A stretch of 64,000 nt of DNA from assembly GCF_009914755.1 (NCBI RefSeq), contig NC_060925.1; one strand, written 5' to 3'. A program made the translations under genes and the position numbers. Position 1 is the first letter of the stretch. Each line of letters opens with the position of its first letter. The notes below the pieces were generated by a model. It made no database searches and had not been told where the DNA came from. It saw only the letters and a list, made by a program, of their open reading frames with translations. Positions 21,733-42,050 of the stretch are shown here, in pieces. Source of the DNA: the human T2T-CHM13v2.0 reference genome, Homo sapiens.

Positions 21733-23969
21733 TTTTTTTTTTAATTTATTTATTTTTTTTTTTTATTGATCATTCTTGGGTGTTTCTCGCAGAGGGGGAT
21801 TTGGCAGGGTCATAGGACAATAGTGGAGGGAAGGGAGGGAAGGTCAGTAGATAAACAAGTGAACAAAGGTCTCTGGTTTTCCTAGGCAGAGGACCCTGCA
21901 GCCTTCCGCAGTGTTTGTGTCCCTGGGTACTTAAGATTAGGGAGTGGTGATGACTCTTAACGAGCATGCTGCCTTCAAGCATCTGTTTAACAAAGCACAT
22001 CTTGCACCGCCCTTAATCCATTTAACCCTGAGTGGACACAGCACATGTTTCAGAGAGCACAGGGTTGGGGATAAGGTCACAGATCAACAGGATCCCAAGG
22101 CAGAAGAATTTTTCTTAGTACAGAACAAAATGAAAAGTCTCCCATGTCTACTTCTATCCACACAGACCCGGCAACCATCCGATTTCTCAATTTTTTCCCC
22201 ACTCTTCCTGCCTTTCTATTCCACAAAACCGCCATTGTCATCATGGCCCATCCCCAATGAGCCGCTGGGCACACCTCCCAGACGGGGTCGTGGCCGGGCA
22301 GAGGGGCTCCTCACTTCCCAGTAGGGGCGGCCGGGCAGAAGCGCCCCTCACCTCCCGGATGGGGCGGCTGGCCGGGCGGGGGGCTGACCCCCCCACCACC
22401 CTCCCGGACGAGGCGGCTGGCCAGGCAGAGGGGTCCTCACTTCCCAGTAGGGGGCGGCCGGGCAGAGGCGCCCCTCACCTCCCGGACGGGGCGGCCGGCC
22501 GGGCGGGGGGCTGACCCCCCCACCTCCCTCCCGGACAGGGCGGCTGGCCGACCCCCCCCCCGCCTGCCTCCCGGACGGGGCGGCTGGCCGGGCAGAGGGG
22601 CTCCTCACTTCCCAGTAGGGGCGGCCGGGCAGAGGCGCCCCTCACCTCCCGGACGGGGCGGCTGGCCAGGCGGGGGGCTGATCCCCCCACCTCCCTCCCG
22701 GACGGGGCGGCTGGCCGGGCGGGGGGCTGACCCCGCCCACCTCCCTCCCGGACGGGGCGGCTGGCCGGGCGGGGGGCTGACCCCCCCACCTCCCTCCCGG
22801 ATGGGGCGACTGGCCGGGCAGAGGGGCTCCTCACTTCCCAGTAGGGGCGGCCGGGCAGAGGCGCCCCTCACCTCCCGGACTGGGCGGCTGGCCGGGCGGG
22901 GGGCTGACCCCCCCACCTCCCTCCTGGACGGGGCGACTGGCCGGGCAGAGGGGCTCCTCACTTCCCAGTAGGGGCGGCCGGGCAGAGGAGCCCCTCACCT
23001 CCCGGACGGGGCGGCTGGCCGGGCGGGGGGCTGACCCCCCCCCCACCTCCCTCCCGGTCGGGGTGGCTGCCGGGCGGAGACGCTCCTCACTTCCCAGACG
23101 GGGTGGCTGCCGGACGGAGGGGCTCCTCACTTCTCAGACGGGGCGGTTGCCAGGCAGAGGGTTTCCTCACTTCTCAGACGGGGCGGCCGGGCAGAGACGC
23201 TCCTCACCTCCCAGACAGGGTTGCGGCCCAGCAGAGGCGCTCCTCACATCCCAGACAGGGCGGCGGGGCAGAGGTGCTCCCCACATCTCAGACGATGGGC
23301 GGCCGGGCAGAGACGCTCCTCACTTCCTAGATGGGATGGCGGCGGGGAAGAGGCGCTCCTCGCTTCCTAGATGGGATGGCGGCCGGGCAGAGACGCTCCT
23401 CACTTTCCAGACTGGGCAGCCAGGCAGAGAGGCTCCTCATATCCTAGACGATGGGGGGCCAGGCAGAGACGCTCCTCACTTCCCAGACGGGGTGGCGGCT
23501 GGGCAGAGGCTGCAATCTCGGCACTTTGGGGGGCCAAGGCAGGCGGCTGGGAGGTGGAGGTTGTAGCGAGCCGAGATCACGCCACTGCACTCCAGCCTGG
23601 GCACCATTGAGCACTGAGTGAACGAGACTCCGTCTGCAATCCCGGCACCTCGGGAGGCCGAGGCCGGCGGATCACTCGCGGTTAGGAGCTGGAGACCAGC
23701 CCGGCCAACACAGCAAAACCCCGTCTCCACCAAAAAAAAAACGAAAACCAGTCAGGCGTGGCGGTGCGCGCCTGCAGTCGCAGGCACTCGGCAGGCTGAG
23801 GCAGGAGAATCAGGCAGGGAGGTTGCAGTGAGCCGAGATGGCAGCAGTACCGTCCAGCTTTGGCTCGGCATCAGAGGGAGACCGTGGAAGGAGACCGTGG
23901 GAAGGGGGAGAGGGAGAGGGAGAGGGAGAGGGAGAGGGAGAGGGAGAGGGAGAGGGAGAGGGAGAGGGC
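21733..23969 (-). mobile_element. Full-length SVA retrotransposon, antisense within a MIGA1 intron
   Basis: On the minus strand: (CCCTCT)n ~23905-23968, Alu-like domain ~23505-23880, GC-rich VNTR ~22265-23500, SINE-R ~21768-22260, poly-A; TSD AGCACATTTTCT at 21721-21732 and 23970-23981. Confidence 0.98.
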
Positions 23970-24044
23970 AGCACATTTTCTAGAATATAATGGGTACTCA
24001 TTAAATGGTAACTGCTGCTATCTTATATTTTAAAAATGAGGTTT

Positions 24045-25445
<1,401 letters not shown>

Positions 25446-25829
25446 ACAGAAATGTGTCTCAGCACATATGAAACTGTTGGCTAGGATATGAAATCTACAT
25501 AAAACATTCTATGACTCTAAAGGTTACTTGTAACCTTATTAACTTTCTTAATAGCATGGCTCATGACTGACTCTTGGTTTGCCCTCAAAAAGAGCTAGTC
25601 ATGAGCCCTGCACTATAGTGCCTGCCTGTAGTCCCCACTGCTTAGGATGCTAAAGCCGGGGGATTGCTTGAGGCCAGGAGTTTGAGGTGTTGCTAGACTC
25701 TGGTTCTAAAAAACAAATTTTCTTAAACTCCCACTGGTCATATAATGAATAGCAACTTCAGTTTCTGTACTAGAGAAAGCAAGTAACAAGAAGGTAGAAG
25801 TAACTTGATTCTCCTTTACTTCCCAGCAG

Positions 25830-25946
25830 ATCCCAGATGGATTTTTTGCCCATTTTTATGCCATTTGTGAACACATCAGTCCTGTCCTAGCCTGGGGCTT
25901 TTTGGGTCCTAGAAATTCTCTGTATGATTTATGTTGCTTTTTTAAG
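25830..25946 (+). CDS. MIGA1: MIGA1 penultimate coding exon (IPDGFFAHFYAICEHISPVLAWGFLGPRNSLYDLCCFFK)
   Basis: cccagcag| tandem acceptor, AAG|gtatgt; 117 nt (120 nt from 25827). Confidence 0.94.
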
Positions 25947-27671
25947 GTATGTTCAGTCATTGAATCATTTCTCTTTTTTTTCTAAATCAAAAAGGAGATA
26001 CGGTTTTATTCTGTTTTGTTTTGCTTTTGTAGAAGAACAAATGTTATTTAAGAGTAAAGTTATAAAAGTCACCTAAATTCAGCATTTAAATGTCAGTGTT
26101 AAATATTTTTGGCATTTTATAATACCACTATTATTATAATGGACCAGTATTTTATAGATTTGGTGCTTTATTCTGGAGTAGACTCAGCATATCCATTCAC
26201 CTTATCAATTCCCTAATGCAAGGGATACATGGTCTTGCATGGTGTTGCCATGTGACAGTCAAATCAATGTAGATAGTTGGTTTTTCATACCTGGGCACTT
26301 TTGAAACTTACAAACAATATCCACCTTTATTGCACATGTGGTAATATAGAATAAGTTGTGGTTAAAGGTGAGATGAATGATAAAATCCAAGTTGTGAGAA
26401 ATAAAATGGGGGTTTAATGTTATCTCCCAATGTCAGCAGTTTTAGTTTGCCAAAATACAAGTTATAGCTCCTTATAGAATTTTCTGGCTGGCAAAGTGAC
26501 AAGGAAAGTCTCGCTATGTAATAGTCTTGAGTTTAGGCTGCATTTCAAGGAGCAAATAAAAGTAAACATAATTGAGTATGAATTTGAAAGTTTGGATGTT
26601 TTACTATACCATTCATTTTTTTAAATTATGTTTATGTGCTGTCAAGGTAATATTTTTATAAATGGTTTAGAAAATGTGTATTTTACTGTCATTCAGAACA
26701 CGTTGATTTTTGTAGTTTACTTGACCACCCAAATGTAAGGTATGTGTTTTAGGGGTTGGGAATTAAGTCTGTCATCAGTGAGCATTCTGACTTGGGGCAA
26801 ATCATTCTTTGATGTTCCTTTTATCTATAAAACGAGGGAGCCTAACAGGTTGATCGCTAATGACCCTTTCAGATATAAAATCCAGTGAATCAATGAAGTG
26901 TGTCTTCTTAGTACTTCTTAATAACGTTTGGAAGATACGTTATTAAGAAAGAAGATAGAAATTAAATATTCCTGTTTTTCGCTCTTTGAAATTACTTTTT
27001 TTCTATTATGGTGACATAATAGCTGAGACTTAATACTTATTCGTATACAGTTTGCTTACAGTGAGTTTCAGTGTATATAATAACTTACTGAAATGAAATA
27101 TCCTTCAGGATCTACCACTGATTTGAGACCTGAAATGTTCTTTATTTTTCATGTGCCTTAAGGGTTTTTCTTGTACAAATAAAAAAAGCACATTTAAAAT
27201 TATAACGTATTATTTTATTATTATTTATTTAAAACTATTACTGGAAATAGTTTATTCTTCTGTCTTAGAGTAGAGGCAATGCTCAAAGGTCACATTGAAG
27301 GGAAAGGACTATAACCCCTTACATTTAAACAGTGCTTTAGAGTTTACAGGCACTTCTTATAGATTATCTTTTTTTAAATGTTTCCCCACCTTTTCATGGT
27401 ATCACATAGGTTATCTTTTTTGATCATCATGTCATCCCTGAGTAGTAAGTAGGGTGGGTGGTATTAGCCCTATTTCACAGAAAAAGAAAATGAGCCCCCA
27501 AAAAGGAAAGGTTAAATCACTTGTGCAAGGTCCCTTTTCTAATGAGATATGAAACTAGCACTGGAAGTCAGGTCTTCTGAGTCCTGATTCAGTGCTCATT
27601 ATAATATTAGAAGCTTTCTCAATGTAACTTAATTTTGGTCTAATAAATGCCAATTTATGTTCATTTTCCAG

Positions 27672-27890
27672 AATCAAGTTCTTTTATTTCTCAAAGACAT
27701 TTTTGACTTTGAGAAGGTGCGCTATTCAAGTACAGAGACTTTAGCTGAAGACCTCATGCAGTTACTCATTCGCCGCACTGAGCTTTTAATGGCCTATCTT
27801 GAAGCAGATGCCCTGAGGCATACAAGTAGTTGTCTAAGCAGTCATGGTCATGTTATGTCCACTGGGCTACTGGAAGCCAAAGTACAATAA
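27672..27890 (+). CDS. MIGA1: MIGA1 last coding exon (NQVLLFLKDIFDFEKVRYSS...GLLEAKVQ*)
   Basis: ttttccag| acceptor; in frame to TAA at 27888-27890. Confidence 0.95.
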   Translation, partial: NQVLLFLKDIFDFEKVRYSSTETLAEDLMQLLIRRTELLMAYLEADALRHTSSCLSSHGHVMSTGLLEAKVQ

Positions 27891-32380
<4,490 letters not shown>

Positions 32381-32560
32381 TGATGTATTGAATATTTTAA
32401 ACAATGTTAATATATAATTATGAAGTCACACTTGTCTCATCAGATCCTGTATGAGAATATTCAGTCTCCATAAGACCCATATATATGGCATAGAGAACAG
32501 GACAACTGCAGAAGCATTATAATCAAATATAAAACTTTATCATTAAAATAAAAAATAAAA

Positions 32561-34772
<2,212 letters not shown>

Positions 34773-34819
34773 TTACAAAGGACCAATAAAATAATGTGGT
34801 AGAAGATGAAGATGGATAA

Positions 34820-35500
34820 TAAATGTTAAAGCAATTATATTCACAATCTGTTACAATACAACAAATTATCCTAAAATTTTAGCAGCTCGAAACAACAAAC
34901 ATGATCTTACACAGTTTCTGAGGGCTGGGAATTCAGGAATGGCTTAGTCTGGTGGTTCTCTCCTGAAGTTGCAGTCATCTGAAGGCCTGATTGGGGCTGG
35001 AAGACTCACTTCTAAGGTTTTCTCATTCACATGTCTGTTTTCAGGAGGCCTCAGTCCCTTGCCATTGGCAAGAGACCTTAGTTCCTACCAACTAGACCTC
35101 TCAGCTGCCTGAGTGTCTTTTAAGACATGACAGCTGGCCAGCATGTCTTTTAAGGCATGAGCATGGTGGCTCATGCCTGTAATCCCAGCGCTTTGGGAGG
35201 CTGAGGCAGGAGGAATGTTTGTTTGAGCCTGTAAGTGTGAAACCAGCCTGGCCACAAAATGAGACCCTGTCTCTACAGAAAAAAAAAAAAAAAAAGACGT
35301 GGCAGCTGGCTTCCTCCCAGATAAATAATCCAAGAAATAGCAAGGTAAAAGACACAATGTCTTTTATAACCTAGATGTGGAAGTGTTGCCACTTCTGCCA
35401 TTGGTAACACAGACCAACACTGACACAATGTGGGAGGGGATTACACAGGATGCGAGTACCAAGAGGTGGAACATTTGGGGTTGTCTTGGTGGCTGGATAC
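34820..35500. mobile_element. MLT1-type LTR with an inserted Alu monomer (35153-35295)
   Basis: MLT1 motifs (CACAGTTTCTGAGGG, GAAGGCCTGATTGGGGCTGG); TSD AAGAC(A/G)TG(A/G)CAGCTGGC. Confidence 0.65.
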
Positions 35501-35651
35501 CATGGCAGGGAATCATAATAAATTATACATAATGATGTAGACAAATTACTTTTTTTTTTTTTTTTTTAGGAGATAAGGTTTTTCTCTCTCCCTTACCCAG
35601 GCTGGAGTGCAGTGGTTCTCACTGCAACTTCTAACTCCTGGGCTCAAGTGA

Positions 35652-35852
<201 letters not shown>

Positions 35853-35979
35853 TAATGTTAAATGAATGAATGTACTTTCTTTGGCCAATCTTTTGATATA
35901 GTATCAAGGCCTTTAGTTGGGAGTATGGATTCACTCGATATTTCAAGATATCTTTGTTACATAAACTAAACCGCTAAAT

Positions 35980-36285
35980 CAGTGGTCTCCAACCTTTTTG
36001 GCACCAGGGGCCAGTTTTGGGGAAGACAATTTTTCCATGGACGGTTCGGGGGTGGCTGTGGTGGATAGTTTTGGGATGAAACTGGTCCATCACAGATCAT
36101 CAGGGATTAGATTCTCCTAAGGAGTGCACAACCTAGATCCCTTACATGCACAGTTCATAATAGGGTTTGCGCTCCTATGAGAATCTAATGCCATCGTTGA
36201 TCTGACAGGAGGCAGAGCTCAGGTGGTAATGCTCACTCGCCAGTCCTCACCTCCTGCTGTGCAGCCTGGGGTTTGGGGGCCCCTG
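35980..36285. mobile_element. MER1B-like hAT-Charlie MITE
   Basis: CAGTGGTCTCCAACC...GGGGGCCCCTG termini; 8-bp TSD CGCTAAAT/CCCTAAAT. Confidence 0.85.
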
Positions 36286-36508
36286 CCCTAAATCATCATC
36301 TGGAATTTCGAGTTTTCCTTACTTTTAAAGGAGAGAAAAGGTACATTAAAAAGCATTGACTGCAGAATCTCCCTAGATTTGTACAATTTTGTACCCAATC
36401 TTTTACATTTGTCTTCTCCACACCTAGCTTGGTGGTAATTTTTGTAAGCTATTTGCCTTTATCAAGTCTTTTCAAAGCATTCAACTCAGCTTTTATAAAA
36501 AACTATAA

Positions 36509-36718
<210 letters not shown>

Positions 36719-36924
36719 TGACCTCAGGTGATCTGCCTACCTTGGCCTCCCACAGCACTGGGCTTACAGGTGTGAGCCACCATGTCTGGCCTATAATTTC
36801 ATTTTTTAAATGTTTACTTTGTATAATTTCAAAACCGTGCAACTGACATAGAACAAACCTAATCACTCGTGATAAGTATACAAGTAATGCTTATACAAAT
36901 GGGCAGATCTTGGATTTTTAGTAA

Positions 36925-38435
36925 TCTCAAACTTAGCATGTCAAAACTGAGCTCCTTACCACCCCTGCCTAAACCTCCTCTTCCCACAACCTTCCCTATC
37001 TGAGTAAATTACAACTCCATTCTTCCAGATCAAAGGCCCAAAACCTCCTTTCCTCACACCTCACATTCAGTTACAAAAAAAAAAAAAAAAAAAATCCTAC
37101 CATTTCTACCTAAAAAGGCAACAAGGAAAAAAAAATATGCCAGGTATTTCTCACTACCTTCACAACTATCACTTTGGCCCAAATCCCCATTCCTCATTCC
37201 GATTATTGTGGAAGCCTCCTAATTAATTGATCTCCCTGCTTCTTCTCTTGCCTCATTTGGTGTATGTGCAGCACTTAAGCTAGAGAGAGTAAACATGTCA
37301 GATCATGTCACTATGTTGTTCAAAACCTACCAGAGACCACCCATGTTAGAGTAAAAACCAAAATCTTTACAATGCTGTACAAAAAGAGGCTGGGCACAAT
37401 GGCTCATGCCTATAATCCCTACTCTCTGGGAGGCCGAAGTGGGAGGATGCTTAAGCCCAGGAGTTTGAGACCAACCCAGGCAACATAATAAGACCCCATT
37501 TCTACAAAAACTAAAAAATTAGCCAGGTGTGTTGTTGCATGCCTGTAGTCCCAGCTACTCAGAGAAGCTGTGGCAGGAGGATCGCTTGAGCCCAGAAGTT
37601 AGAGGCTGCAGTGAGCTGTGATTCCACCACTGCACTCCAGCCTGGGTCTCTAAAAAAAAAAAAAAAGGCCAGGCATGTTGGTTTACGCCTGTAATCCCAA
37701 CACTTTAGGAGGCCGAGGTAGACGGATCACCTGAGGTCAGGAGTTTGAGACCAGCCTGGCCAATATGGTGAAACCCCATCTCTACTAAAAATACAGAAAT
37801 TAGCCGGGCATGGTGACAGGTGCCTGTAATCCCAGCTACTCGGGAGTCTGAGGGAAGAGAATCGCTTGAACCCAGGAGGCGGAGGTTGCAGTGAGCAGAG
37901 TTTATGCTACTGCACTCCAGCCTGGGCGACAGAGCGAGACTTATTCTCAAACAAACAAAATCCTACGTAGTCTTGTCTCCTGCTCCCCACTGCACCTCCT
38001 ATTACCTCACCCTTCACCTACTCAGCTTCACTCGCACAAGCCTCCTGGTTCTTCCTAGAACATGTCAGATAGAATCCTTCTCTGGGCCTTTGTATCTATC
38101 CCTGGACCACTCTTCCTCCAAATATTTGCTTCTCCAGATATTTACATAGCCTACTGCCTCACTCTCCTCAAGGCTTTTACTCATATGAGGCTTTCCTTAG
38201 CCACTCTATCTAAAATTACAACATCTACTCAGCCTGCCTCCAGCATTCTCTACTTCCCTGCTCTGGTATTATCCATATTGCCATATTACATGTCACTAAA
38301 TACTACATAGTTCACTTATTTGCTTATTGTCTGCCTTCTTTCACTAGAATGTATGTTCCATAATGGCAGGGATTTTTCCTTTATCACTGCTGTATCCTTA
38401 GCATATAGAACTGAATATCTGTTGAATGAATGAAT
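36925..38435 (+). mobile_element. LINE-2 3' fragment interrupted by two Alus (37388-37960)
   Basis: ATCTCAAACTTAGCATGTCAAAAACTGAGCTC...GTTGAATGAATGAATG L2 motifs. Confidence 0.7.
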
Positions 38436-38564
38436 GATGAATTGGTGGGAAAATAAGCAGGCCTTGCATGCTGTGAGTAGCTATCAGTGTTCTACAGAGA
38501 GAATGGAGAGCTTTGTTTAATCTGGTGAATCTATTGGGTGGATATAAAAATAAAAAATTGTTAA

Positions 38565-40337
<1,773 letters not shown>

Positions 40338-40689
40338 AGAAGGCCTTTTCAACATCCCTGAAATATAACCTGAGCACCGCTGTCTGCTTAGGGCCTGAAG
40401 GTGGAAGTGGTTACCTTTATTCTTTATCTGGATGTCATTTCGATTTTTTTTTCAAGTGCAGTGAAGAATTAAAGATCTCGTCCACCAAAAATACTCCGAG
40501 TGTGCATTTCGGGTTTTAATATGGTATTGTCTGATGGGTTTGACAGGCTGGCGGTCCAAGTTGAAAAAGGTCTGTGGGTGTCTAATAGTCAAAGATGCCT
40601 TTATGAAGCTTTAGAAAGACCAGATATGGTTTGCCTTCAATTAAGAAAAAGGTGGAATATAAAGATATTTGTACTTATATAAATATATT

Positions 40690-40820
40690 CCTTCTTTTCT
40701 TCTCCTCCTCCTCCTCTGCCTTCAACTTTCTTCTTCTTCTTCTTCTCCTTCTCCTTCTCCTTCTCCTTCTCCTTCTCCTTCTCCTTCTCCTTCTCCTTCT
40801 TCTTCTTCTTTCTTTTTTAA
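40690..40820. repeat. Compound polypyrimidine microsatellite (CTC)n/(CTT)n/(CTTCTC)n
   Basis: Read directly from sequence. Confidence 0.95.
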
Positions 40821-41149
40821 CTCTCCTTTTAGAGTTAAAGACTGGAGCTAAGAACAGGGGAGCAATAGACAGATGAAGTGTTCCCGGATTGCTGCCCCAC
40901 GCTCTTTGTAATAAAGGAAAACTTGGCCAAAGGTCAATGCTTAGGGTAGTAGAAGATATGTAGTGGCTTGGCTTCTTGACTGGAAACTAGGACGGGTAGA
41001 GTAGCTGAGAGAAGTGGGCCCCAGAGCAAACTGGTTGCGGGTAGGGGGAGCCAGCTTCAGCCCGGTAATGAAGCCCATTTCAGCCTCATTCCTTTCCCAT
41101 GGCGGAGGCAGCCTTCCTTCCCCAGGCCTGGCTGGAGGTGGAGGCAGGC

Positions 41150-42050
41150 CCAAAGTTAGGGGGTCAGCTCGCGCACCTAGGGCCGGGAGACAGACAAATT
41201 CTGGCGGAAAGTTGGCAGCCACGGTCCCCCTCCCCTGCTTTTCTCCTCAACTCTCCACCCCCACTCCGGGTGATAACGGCGGAGGTGGGGGGTTGGGGGA
41301 ACTGGCCTTGTGTTTTGGAACAGCTGCAGCCGGCGCTGGGCCCGCCTGGAATGCGGGAACAGGCTGCACACCAGGACTTTTATGGAAACTTGCTGCTGGA
41401 GACGGCGGCGGCGGCGGCGGCAGCGGCAGCCAGAGGACTCCCAGCGGCTGGAGCAGAAGTGTTAGCGGCCAGAGCTCCCAGACCCCTACCCACAGCCAGG
41501 CGGGACGCGCACAGTCCCTCCACGCGGAAAGAAGTACCTTCGCCGGTCACCGGCTCCTGCAGGGTGAGAAGAGTTGGGGGAACGTGGGCTGGGGGGAGTG
41601 GAGACGGAGGTGTCGGGTCCCCTGGTGGGGGCGGGGGCGGGAACGGCGGCTGCAGAGAGGCGCTCGGGGTCTGCGGCTTCTGGCCGTGCTCCGCTGCAGC
41701 TCCGGAGGGCGCCGGGCGCCATACAGCTGTGGTCCGCGCTGGCCCCGGCCCGGGCGAACCCTGCCTTGGAGCCGCATCCTGCGGGCTCGGCGGGGTGCCT
41801 ACCAGGGGCTGCCCCAGGGTCTGAAAGTGTCGGCCGGCCTTGGGCTTCTGGTTGCAATGTCTTTGCCCTGCTCCCCTGCGCCTTGTCGGCTGAGTTTCGG
41901 GTGCGTTCCCTACTGTAGGGAGGGAGCCCTCTGTGAGCGGAGTGGGTGCCGATCCCTCGGCTGAACCCTTGGGGTCCTTAGGGAAGTTCAGTGCCGTCCC
42001 CCACCACTTGCCCCAGCCGCGGTCTCCGTCTCTGCCAGCAGTGCCAGTTA
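41150..42050. promoter_or_regulatory. NEXN: CpG island / NEXN promoter
   Basis: Only non-repeat CpG-dense GC-rich block in the window; GC boxes (GGGGCGGGGGCGGG ~41628); (CGG)n at 41403-41421; assignment to NEXN rests on recalled synteny downstream of MIGA1. Confidence 0.85.
41320..41563 (+). other. NEXN: Probable non-coding exon 1 of NEXN (nexilin); TSS approximate. The rest of the window is intron 1
   Basis: Donor CAGG|GTGAGA at 41563/41564 inside the CpG island; no nexilin coding exon is seen downstream in the window. Confidence 0.7.

Noticed and set aside
21770-24001. Many Pro/Arg/Gly-rich ORFs, including (GR)n, (PL)n and (PS)n
   Set aside because: Products of the SVA VNTR and hexamer repeats; the array is a VNTR, not CRISPR-like (no unique spacers).
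27657-27671. ORF-track start MFIFQ for the last MIGA1 exon
   Set aside because: These codons are intronic pyrimidine tract; the exon begins at 27672.
40631-40876. Poly-Leu / (SP)n ORFs resembling signal peptides
   Set aside because: Translations of the CT microsatellite.
41014-41964. Overlapping 316-aa and 241-aa + strand ORFs
   Set aside because: Stop-poor CpG-island sequence, no resemblance to nexilin or a known domain, and they read through the exon-1 donor.
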